A stretch of DNA of 40,000 nt from an uncultured Lachnospiraceae bacterium (GTDB lineage Bacteria > Bacillota > Clostridia > Eubacteriales > Anaerofustaceae). Positions 26,843 through 34,080 of this stretch are shown in pieces; the first letter of the stretch is position 1, and every line of letters starts with the position of its first letter. The notes beneath the pieces were generated by a model. That model had not been told where the DNA came from. It saw only the letters and a list, made by a program, of their open reading frames with translations, and ran no database searches. The translations under genes and the position numbers were made by a program. Location of the stretch: contig CAZTZO010000007.1 in NCBI GenBank assembly GCA_964618075.1, forward strand, positions 1-40,000, read 5' to 3'.

Positions 26843-27397
26843 ATGAAAAATATAAAAAAACCTACGGCTATAATACTGTGCGTTCTTATGATAGCGCTCT
26901 CGATATTTTTCGGGGGAAGAATGTCGCTGAACAAAATAAGGAATCAGGCTCTTTCACTGTTTTATGAGGGAAACCCAGACGATCAGTTTGACCTCGGGAT
27001 TGAATACGACCTTGAGCGAAGGATAGCCTTTGCGGGCAATCTCGTAACTGTGGCAAAGAGATACACCGATTCGAATAACGCGCTCATAACAGCCGTACAA
27101 AGCGCATGTGACTCATTAAACAATGCAAGCGATCCGAGCGATAAATACAAATATAATCAGGCTCTTACGACTGCCTGTAACAACCTTTCCGCTTTCCTTG
27201 ATACACAGTCATTAAGCGTTAATGACGCTAAGTACAATACATCCATAAAAGCGGATATGGAATCGGCAAATCAGATCATAGGGCATTCGGACTACAACAC
27301 AAAGGCGGCTGAGTTTAACCAGATACTCAGAAAATTCCCCACGAATATATTGTGCAAAATTACCTTTGTGGAGCCGCTCAAGCAGTTTGCATACTGA
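26843..27397 (+). CDS. LemA-like membrane-anchored protein (divergent)
   Basis: It has a single N-terminal TM helix, is 184 aa long, and has a LemA-like C-terminal signature (YNTKAAEFNQILRKFPTNIL...F). It sits directly upstream of a TPM-domain gene, the canonical LemA partner. The central region is poorly LemA-like. Confidence 0.55.
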   Translation: MKNIKKPTAIILCVLMIALSIFFGGRMSLNKIRNQALSLFYEGNPDDQFDLGIEYDLERRIAFAGNLVTVAKRYTDSNNALITAVQSACDSLNNASDPSDKYKYNQALTTACNNLSAFLDTQSLSVNDAKYNTSIKADMESANQIIGHSDYNTKAAEFNQILRKFPTNILCKITFVEPLKQFAY

Positions 27398-27415
27398 TGA
27401 AACAAGGTGAAGATA

Positions 27416-28414
27416 ATGAAAAAAACTAAATACTTATTTGCAGCTGCTCTTTTAGTGGTATCTGTAGTTATGTCCTTTAATGCGGTCTTTGCCGCTTCTA
27501 CCCTTGAAGCGCCTTCGAATGTTTACGTTGCCGACTACGCAAACGTGCTTGACGCGGATTGCGAGAATTACATTCTTTCCATGGGAGGAGAGCTTGACAA
27601 TAAAACGGGTGCGCAGGTCGTTGTCGTAACAATAAACTTTCTTGAGGGAAAGGACATTGAAGACTATTGTCTTGCCATATTCAACGAATGGGGCATAGGA
27701 GCAAAGGATAAAAATAACGGCGTACTGCTGCTTCTTGCCATAGGCGATGAAAACTACTACTGCATGACAGGCTCAGGGCTTGAAACGACTCTTTCATCAG
27801 GTACTCTTAAAAATATGCTCAATACATATTTAGAGGACGATTTCGCAAAGGGCGATTATTCCGCAGGAACAAAGAAAGTATATGGAGCGCTTATCAAGAA
27901 CCTTGCTTCTCACTACAACGTGTCGGTAACCGGCACCTCTCAGGCGACTACGCCCACGACTACGACGCCTTCTTTTGGCGGCGGCAGCTCAAGTAAGGCA
28001 ACCGATAACTCCACGGGAAACCGTTCATCAAGCACCGGTATATTCTGGCTGATACTTATTGTCGTCGTTGTTATTATAATCATCAGCTCTAACAGAGCAT
28101 CAAGAAGACACAGAAGAATATACGGCGGAGGCGTTCCGTTTATAGGCGCACCAAGAAGAAGAAACTATAACGATCATGACCACGATGATAGAGACCATAA
28201 CGACCACAATGACGGAGGCTGGTTCGGCGGTGGCGGTGGTGGCAGCTCAAGTGGCGGCGGCTTCGGTGGAGGCGGCTCTCGCGGCGGCGGCGCAGGACGC
28301 TCCGGTGGCGGCGGCGGTGGCTTTAGTTCAGGCGGCGGCTTCGGTGGAGGCTTCGGCGGAGGCGGAGGTTTTGGCGGAGGCGGCTCACGCGGAGGCGGCG
28401 CAGGACGCGGCTGA
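27416..28414 (+). CDS. TPM-domain (YgcG-like) membrane protein with a His/Asp cluster and a Gly/Arg-rich cytoplasmic tail
   Basis: A signal peptide (MKKTKYLFAAALLVVSVVMSFNAVFA) is followed by the TPM core (VADYANVL...GAQVVVVTI...WGIG.KDKNNGVLLLLAIGD) and a TM helix (IFWLILIVVVVIIIISS). The tail reads NDHDHDDRDHNDHND followed by GGGFGGGGSRGGGAGR repeats. The start is moved to the ATG at 27416 (AAGGTG RBS). Confidence 0.85.
   Translation: MKKTKYLFAAALLVVSVVMSFNAVFAASTLEAPSNVYVADYANVLDADCENYILSMGGELDNKTGAQVVVVTINFLEGKDIEDYCLAIFNEWGIGAKDKNNGVLLLLAIGDENYYCMTGSGLETTLSSGTLKNMLNTYLEDDFAKGDYSAGTKKVYGALIKNLASHYNVSVTGTSQATTPTTTTPSFGGGSSSKATDNSTGNRSSSTGIFWLILIVVVVIIIISSNRASRRHRRIYGGGVPFIGAPRRRNYNDHDHDDRDHNDHNDGGWFGGGGGGSSSGGGFGGGGSRGGGAGRSGGGGGGFSSGGGFGGGFGGGGGFGGGGSRGGGAGRG
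28253..28408 (+). repeat. Imperfect internal duplication of GGN-rich coding sequence (Gly/Arg-rich tail)
   Basis: GGCGGCGGCTTCGGTGGAGGC...CGCGG(C/A)GGCGGCGCAGGACGC occurs at 28253-28300 and again, with an inserted GGN stretch, at 28331-28408. Confidence 0.8.
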
Positions 28415-28534
28415 TACAAAAACAATAAAAAATAAAGAGTGCGGTAAAAATGATTAACCCGTTTGTTATGGGATTAAGATATACTGCGCTCTTTTTATTT
28501 ACTTTTTTTTTAATCGTTATGATAAATAATATAT

Positions 28535-29827
28535 TTACATTACAACGTCCAATATCAGCTTTTTCTTTTCGGGCTTCTCAGTAGAAAAATCGAAAGCTTT
28601 TTTTATGCACATTGCTCCTTCATTTAAAAGTGTCTCGCTTGAAGAATATAAAGTAGCTGTTTTTTCACCCTTTTCAACTCTGTTGCCTACCTTTTTATTT
28701 AACACGATACCGGCTCCATAGTCTTCTTTAAGCGTAGGATCATTAAGCATATGAAAAACCAAGCCTATCAAAGCGCAGTCGATTTTGTTTACATAGCCGT
28801 TTATATCGGAGTATATTTCCTTTGAAAATTTGCTTTGAGGTAAACGCGACGTATCCTCTATCATTTCACGTTTACCGCCCTGCGCCTCTATAAAGTCGGC
28901 AAATTTTTTATACGCCTTACCGCTGTCAATCGAATCGTTTAATATTGCGTCCGCCTTCTCTTTATTTACAACAAGCCCCGAAATATTAAGCAGTGCGCGT
29001 CCGAGAGATACACACAGCTCTCTTACAAGAGTATCTTTCCCACCCTTTAGTATTTCAACGGCTTCTTTAACCTCCAAAGCGTTACCAACGGCATAACCGA
29101 GAGGCTCGTCCATATTTGTTATAAGTGCGCAGACATTTATCTTTGCTTCTTTGCCTATTTTCACCATAACCTCGGCAAGCTTTTTAGCTTCGTTTAATTC
29201 TGAGACAAAAGCACCGGTGCCGCACTTGACGTCAAGCACGAGATTGTGCGCACCAGAAGCCAGCTTTTTACTCATTATTGAAGAAGCGATAAGGGGTATG
29301 CTGTCTACTGTGTTCGTTAAATCTCTTAGAGCGTACAGCTTCTTATCGGCAGGAACAAAATTTTCTGTCTGAGACATTATGCTTATGCCGTTTTCTTTTA
29401 CAAGGCGCTTGAATTCGTCTGTCGAAATATCCGTTTTAAAGCCGCTGATACTCTCAAGCTTGTCTATAGTCCCGCCGGTATATCCGAGACTCCTTCCCGA
29501 CATTTTTGCCACCTTCAAGCCGCAGCACGCAAGCATCGGAGCAAGTATCAGGCTTGTTTTGTCCCCCACTCCGCCCGTAGAATGCTTGTCTGCGCTTATA
29601 TTCTTTATATCCGACATATCAAGTCTTTTGCCCGATTCCAGCATACTATACGTCAGGTTCGCCGTTTCTGCGAGCGTCAGATTTTTAAAATATATTGCCA
29701 TTAAAAGTGCGCTGGCCTGACAGGCGGGTATTTCACCGCTTACAAAACCGCGCACAAAATAACTCAGCTCTTCTTTTGAAAGAGCCTGTCCTTCTTTTTT
29801 CTTTTGAATGATATCATACATTTGCAT
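28535..29827 (-). CDS. pdp: Pyrimidine-nucleoside (thymidine) phosphorylase
   Basis: It has the N-terminus MQMYDIIQKKKEGQALS, the signature DKHSTGGVGDKTSL, and the SGRSLGYTGGTIDKLE motif. The start is taken at the ATG at 29827 (M16 of the track ORF). Confidence 0.93.
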   Translation of the reverse strand: MQMYDIIQKKKEGQALSKEELSYFVRGFVSGEIPACQASALLMAIYFKNLTLAETANLTYSMLESGKRLDMSDIKNISADKHSTGGVGDKTSLILAPMLACCGLKVAKMSGRSLGYTGGTIDKLESISGFKTDISTDEFKRLVKENGISIMSQTENFVPADKKLYALRDLTNTVDSIPLIASSIMSKKLASGAHNLVLDVKCGTGAFVSELNEAKKLAEVMVKIGKEAKINVCALITNMDEPLGYAVGNALEVKEAVEILKGGKDTLVRELCVSLGRALLNISGLVVNKEKADAILNDSIDSGKAYKKFADFIEAQGGKREMIEDTSRLPQSKFSKEIYSDINGYVNKIDCALIGLVFHMLNDPTLKEDYGAGIVLNKKVGNRVEKGEKTATLYSSSETLLNEGAMCIKKAFDFSTEKPEKKKLILDVVM

Positions 29828-29894
29828 AAGCTTTTTTCCCTTTATATTATAAGCTAAAATATATGATATCACATTTTCTAATATTTTTTAATAT

Positions 29895-30728
29895 TTACTT
29901 ACCTTCAAAGCCGACAAGTATCCCGCCTCTTTCGGCATAGTAGCTGCAAAGGCCTCTCATCGGGTAGAGTTTGATAATACTGTCCGGGTGATATTTAAGT
30001 ATGGTATTTTTAAGCAGATTCGCCCCGTTTTCATTCTCAACATGGCCTATATATGCTTTTTTGCCATTAAATCCTCGAAGTATCATTTCCTTTACCAAAG
30101 CAATGATAGTTTTGTTTTCGCCCTTATACTTTGAGAGCAATTCAAGCATACCCTCGTCGCTGGCTTTGCCTATTATGCGTATGCCCAGCGTACCCGCTGC
30201 CATTGCGACAAGCTTATTGACGCGCCCGTTTTGTATGAAGTTATGGTAAGAGCACAGAGCAAAGAGCAAATGTGTATGCTTAATGTATTCGGTTATATTT
30301 TCGCAAATATCTTCATATTCATTGCCCTGATCAATCATCTGAGCAAGCTTGTCTATAATCATTGCCATTTCAGGCCCTGCTGAAAGCGTATCTATAACGA
30401 ATACCCTTGCGTTCGCATGTGTATTTTCGTATTCGCGCGCCGCTGCATTCGCCGTATTATAGCTTCCGGAAAGTCCGCTTGTAATAGTTACAGCAAATAT
30501 ACGATCAGCTCCTTCAAATGCGGCTTGCCAGTCATCCGTATTCGGACACGAGGTATATGAGCGTCCCTTGTAAACGCTCAGCTCGTCAAGCATAATGGAA
30601 ATGTCTGCTTCTTCGGTGTCTATATACTCTTTTTCAGCCGTAAATACCTTCATCGGTACTTTTTTGAGTTCTGCGCCTTCCGTGAAGGATATATCGCAGC
30701 TTGAATCCGATACTATTCTATACTTCAT
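29895..30728 (-). CDS. DegV family fatty-acid-binding protein
   Basis: It has a DegV N-terminus (YRIVSDSSCDI). The length is 277 aa from the ATG at 30728, which is preceded by AAGGAG. The partner DUF1836 gene is divergent, a common DegV context. Confidence 0.88.
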   Translation of the reverse strand: MKYRIVSDSSCDISFTEGAELKKVPMKVFTAEKEYIDTEEADISIMLDELSVYKGRSYTSCPNTDDWQAAFEGADRIFAVTITSGLSGSYNTANAAAREYENTHANARVFVIDTLSAGPEMAMIIDKLAQMIDQGNEYEDICENITEYIKHTHLLFALCSYHNFIQNGRVNKLVAMAAGTLGIRIIGKASDEGMLELLSKYKGENKTIIALVKEMILRGFNGKKAYIGHVENENGANLLKNTILKYHPDSIIKLYPMRGLCSYYAERGGILVGFEGK

Positions 30729-30774
30729 TTTATACTCCTTGAAATAGGATATCCGATTAAAGGGTATCAATAAA

Positions 30775-30798
30775 CCGATAATCGGCTAAATTATAACA
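30775..30798 (-). promoter_or_regulatory. degV promoter -10 region (extended TGtTATAAT) followed by the palindrome CCGATAATCGG
   Basis: The minus strand reads GGTGTTATAATTTAGCCGATTATCGG. TATAAT is at 30790-30795 and the palindrome is at 30775-30785, around the expected +1. Confidence 0.45.
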
Positions 30799-30856
30799 CC
30801 ATGTTTCAATAAAGCAACGCTTTTGAAAAACTTTTAATCCAATCTTCATAACTCAA

Positions 30857-30885
30857 TTGACGATTTATAAAAACCGATATATAAT
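30857..30885 (+). promoter_or_regulatory. Consensus promoter placed so that the DUF1836 mRNA would be leaderless
   Basis: TTGACG (30857-30862), 17 nt, TATAAT (30880-30885). Only 6 nt (AACAAC) separate the -10 from the ATG at 30892. No Shine-Dalgarno sequence is present. Confidence 0.55.
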
Positions 30886-30891
30886 AACAAC

Positions 30892-31422
30892 ATGAAAAAA
30901 GAACTTCAGGAAAAAATAGCAACAGGTATCAAGGACTTTCAATTACCCTCCTACGACAAGCTTCCCGACGTGGGACTTTATCTTGAGCAGACGGTAAAGC
31001 TCATTAATTCTTATTTATCGGCATTCGATTCCATGCAACTGACTACATCCATGGTCAGCAATTATGTAAAGAAAAAAATGATAGACACCCCGATAAAAAA
31101 ACAGTATTACCAGCAGCATATATCAAGACTTATATTTATTGCGATGATGAAATCCGTGCTTTCTTTAGATGATATCGGCAAGCTTATCACATTACAAAAA
31201 GAATGCTACGAAACGTCTATTGCTTATGATTATCTGTGTGATGAATTCAAAAACGTGCTTTTATTTACCTTCGGGCTGAGCGACAACGTAAAAAAACTCG
31301 GCAAAACTGATACGGACGCAAAGGATCTGTTTACAACGGCAATAACGACTGTCGCAAACAAAATATACCTTGACGCATACATAAGATCCTTTCGAGAAGA
31401 AAGAATGAAAGAAGAAGAGTAA
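30892..31422 (+). CDS. DUF1836 domain-containing protein
   Basis: The family-typical N-terminal region is LPDVGLYLEQTVKLINSYL...TSMVSNYVKKKMI. Length is 176 aa. It is adjacent to and divergent from degV. Confidence 0.75.
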   Translation: MKKELQEKIATGIKDFQLPSYDKLPDVGLYLEQTVKLINSYLSAFDSMQLTTSMVSNYVKKKMIDTPIKKQYYQQHISRLIFIAMMKSVLSLDDIGKLITLQKECYETSIAYDYLCDEFKNVLLFTFGLSDNVKKLGKTDTDAKDLFTTAITTVANKIYLDAYIRSFREERMKEEE

Positions 31423-31435
31423 TAGTATTTACTCT
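31416..31435. terminator. Weak AT-rich hairpin spanning both stop codons of the convergent DUF1836 and gamma-CA genes
   Basis: AGAGTAA (31416-31422), 6-nt loop, TTACTCT (31429-31435). There is no clear U-tract, and only 11 nt separate the two stops. Confidence 0.3.
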
Positions 31436-31937
31436 ACTTAGTTTTGTCAAGCTGCTTTTGTGCCAGCTCGACGTAAAGAGATGCGGTTTGCAAAGTAGAG
31501 AGCGTCTCTTCATTTGTCAACTGCCTTATTGTTTTTGCAGGATTGGAATACGATAAAGTATTCTTCTTAAAAATTTTACCCTTCGTGACCAAAGAGCCTG
31601 CGCCGAGGATACAGCCGTCTTCTATAATTGCATCGTTAAGCACAACAGCACCTGTACCTATAAGACATCCGTCGCCTATTGTACAGCCGTTTAAAACGAC
31701 ATTGTGACCGATAACGCAGTTTTTCCCGACTTTGACGTTGCCGTGTATTACGCAGTTATCCTCGATAGCGGTGCCCTCTCCTATATATACCGGTCCTACG
31801 TCAGCTCTGATAACCGCGTTATACCAGATGTTGGCGTCTTTTTCTATTACAACGTCTCCTATTATGCAGCTGTTAAACGCGCAGTATGCTCCGCTCTTTA
31901 CTATCGGTTTTTTATCCTCAAAATCTTTTATATACAT
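31434..31937 (-). CDS. Gamma-class carbonic anhydrase-like / hexapeptide-repeat (LbH) protein (YrdA/PaaY type)
   Basis: Left-handed beta-helix hexapeptide repeats run throughout (IGDVVIEKDANIWYNAVIRAD...IGEGTAIEDNCVIHG). Length is 167 aa. Confidence 0.88.
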   Translation of the reverse strand: MYIKDFEDKKPIVKSGAYCAFNSCIIGDVVIEKDANIWYNAVIRADVGPVYIGEGTAIEDNCVIHGNVKVGKNCVIGHNVVLNGCTIGDGCLIGTGAVVLNDAIIEDGCILGAGSLVTKGKIFKKNTLSYSNPAKTIRQLTNEETLSTLQTASLYVELAQKQLDKTK

Positions 31938-31956
31938 TTGTTTTCCTCTTTTGCCG

Positions 31957-33873
31957 CTATTGTATCATAATACCTTCTGTATTCATAAATCTGATAAAAT
32001 CATCGCCCTTCATCGGCATAGCGTAAAAATAGCCCTGTATATTATCCGCCTTACTTTGAATAACAAAATCCGCTTCACTGTCGTTTTCCACTCCCTCAAC
32101 GACTGTGCCCATTCCAAGCTGAGTGAACATACTGACGGTTTTTTCGAAAATTATCCTGTTCTGCGGATTCATCATAGCGGCAGTAAGCATACTTTTATCG
32201 AGCTTTATTGTGGAAAAAGGCAGGCTCATAAGAATAGAGATATTCGAATACCCCGTTCCGTAGTCGTCCAGAACAAACTTAAAGCCGTATTTGCTGAGAT
32301 GCTCTATGTTAGTATGCAGCGAGTCAAATTCGCTCACAGCGGTCGATTCGGTTATCTCAAAGAGTATGTACGAAGGGTCGACCCCATTATCACTGACAGT
32401 CTGCATAACCCTTTCGGAAAGCTCGTTATTTATAAACTCCGCAGGCGATAAATTCAGCTCGAAATGCTTTATGCCAAGCTTGCCGGCAGGATCGTAGGTT
32501 TTGATAAATTCGCAGACTTTTTTTAAGACTATCGAATCTATTTCGGCTACAACACCCTGTTTTTCCGCTATCGGAATAAATTCAGACGGAGCGATACTTC
32601 CGACATTGTCGGGAGAAAAGCGCACCAGTGCTTCCACGGACGAAAACGACTTCGATTTAATGGAATATATTGGCTGATAATACACCTCGAAGCTTTCGGT
32701 TGCTATAGCCTTCATAAGCTCCGTTTCCACCATATTGCGCCTCTTCATATCGCGCATCATATCCACGCTGATAATGCTTGCCGTTCCGCGTTTTGCTTCG
32801 GAAATGACAGTTTCTATCATATTACAGGCGTCGTTTGCATTTTTTATATCGTTGGTATTTTCTATTGCGCATATAGTCGTATACGGCTTTATTTCCACTC
32901 CCTGTACAACGCATGTTTCAAGAAGCGACTTTCTTATTTTGTTATATGCTTCCAAGCCGTCGTCCTCGTCTATTGTTATCAGGACAAAGACATTTCCGAG
33001 AAATCTAAACACCCACCCTTCATTGGAAACGGAATTGATCTGCTCTGAGAGCTTCGCAAGCAATTCGTCGCCGAAGGACATCCCGAAGATACGGTTTATT
33101 CTCCTTAAGTTATGCAGCTCGACAGTCGTCATTTTGTATACCTTTGAGCTCTCGGACAAATCGGATATGAGCATAAACATCGCCTCTCGGTTAAAGACGT
33201 TTGTCATGCTGTCAAGCATATCCTCGGGTTTTTGCATAATGAGATACATCATCGTTATTGCAATAGCCATTCCTGCACTCGTTAAAAGAAGATATGGCAT
33301 CATATATTGCAAACCAACAGCAATAACAATTATTATCAGCGCGCTCAGCATAGTATTAAACTGCTTGTTTGTTAGATTTTTTTTATAATTGAAAAGCGTG
33401 ATAAACGAAAGCACAATATAAAAAACAAGTACGATATAACATAAGACAAAAGGTGCGCAGTGTATGTAATCACCTGCTGAGTTTACATAAAACATGACAT
33501 GCGTGAAGGGATTAATAAGAAACAACAATATCACGACTAAGGCAGGGAACAAGAATACAGCGACTGATTTAATATTTTTAGCAAGCTTTTTTGCGTTTAT
33601 TATAACGTATATGTATATGAGGGCGGAAAATCCCACTTGCAGAAGATAAAACGTAGTGTTTACAGTATAAACGAACCACTCGGCTAGCAGAGCGCAGTTT
33701 TCATATATAATTGAGCTTGCGATATCAAGCAATACGTCGATTACGGAACAAATCAATATTATCGAAAAGGCTTTGTTTCGTCTGTCGGGGAACTGTCTTT
33801 TTGAAAAATACATTATAACGATGATGATAAGAAACACCGCTGACATGATGGCATAGTCGTATATATACTTCAT
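31957..33873 (-). CDS. Membrane sensor protein with a degenerate GGDEF domain and an intact EAL domain (putative c-di-GMP phosphodiesterase)
   Basis: About 6-7 N-terminal TM helices are present. In the GGDEF-like domain the signature is replaced by FLGNVF. The EAL motifs are intact: YYQPIY, EALVRF, ELNLS, FEITES, DDYGTGYS, EGVEN and QGYFYAMP. Confidence 0.88.
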   Translation of the reverse strand: MKYIYDYAIMSAVFLIIIVIMYFSKRQFPDRRNKAFSIILICSVIDVLLDIASSIIYENCALLAEWFVYTVNTTFYLLQVGFSALIYIYVIINAKKLAKNIKSVAVFLFPALVVILLFLINPFTHVMFYVNSAGDYIHCAPFVLCYIVLVFYIVLSFITLFNYKKNLTNKQFNTMLSALIIIVIAVGLQYMMPYLLLTSAGMAIAITMMYLIMQKPEDMLDSMTNVFNREAMFMLISDLSESSKVYKMTTVELHNLRRINRIFGMSFGDELLAKLSEQINSVSNEGWVFRFLGNVFVLITIDEDDGLEAYNKIRKSLLETCVVQGVEIKPYTTICAIENTNDIKNANDACNMIETVISEAKRGTASIISVDMMRDMKRRNMVETELMKAIATESFEVYYQPIYSIKSKSFSSVEALVRFSPDNVGSIAPSEFIPIAEKQGVVAEIDSIVLKKVCEFIKTYDPAGKLGIKHFELNLSPAEFINNELSERVMQTVSDNGVDPSYILFEITESTAVSEFDSLHTNIEHLSKYGFKFVLDDYGTGYSNISILMSLPFSTIKLDKSMLTAAMMNPQNRIIFEKTVSMFTQLGMGTVVEGVENDSEADFVIQSKADNIQGYFYAMPMKGDDFIRFMNTEGIMIQ

Positions 33874-33981
33874 TTATGTTCTCTCCTTAGCTGCTTATAT
33901 ACGGATGCGACTTTTATAACATATTAATCATACAATATTTTCTATGATAATGCAAATCCAAAAATATGTGCCTATAACAAA

Positions 33982-34020
33982 AAAGCAAGTTTTTTTGATT
34001 TCAGTCAAAATTCTTGCTTT
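33982..34020 (-). terminator. Rho-independent terminator of the argCJBD operon
   Basis: The minus strand reads AAAGCAAG, a 23-nt loop, CTTGCTTT, then TTTGTTAT. The stem arms are at 34013-34020 and 33982-33989. It lies 55 nt after the argD stop. Confidence 0.6.
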
Positions 34021-34080
34021 TGTTTTTGCTTATATTCTATTTCGTGACTGAAATGTGACTGAATATAGTATATTTCAGTC
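33998..34080. repeat. Four copies of a TGACTGAAAT motif in both orientations around the argD stop and terminator
   Basis: ATTTCAGTCA at 33998-34007, TGACTGAAAT at 34045-34054, TGACTGAAT at 34056-34064 and ATTTCAGTC at 34072-34080. The last copy overlaps the argD TGA at 34075-34077. Confidence 0.8.

Noticed and set aside
28174-28457. The Pro-rich 83-aa minus-strand ORF (PPPPKPPP...) and the Ala-rich 93-aa plus-strand ORF.
   Set aside because: Both are alternative-frame or antisense readings of the GGN-rich tail of the TPM gene. Neither has an RBS, and their composition simply mirrors the Gly codons.
31732-33388. Long plus-strand ORFs (239 aa at 31732..32451; 217 aa at 32735..33388) opposite the gamma-CA and EAL genes.
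   Set aside because: The minus-strand products carry clear hexapeptide-repeat and EAL/GGDEF motifs. The plus-strand translations are Ser/Ile/Phe-rich with no motifs and no RBS, which is typical of antisense shadows of AT-rich coding DNA.
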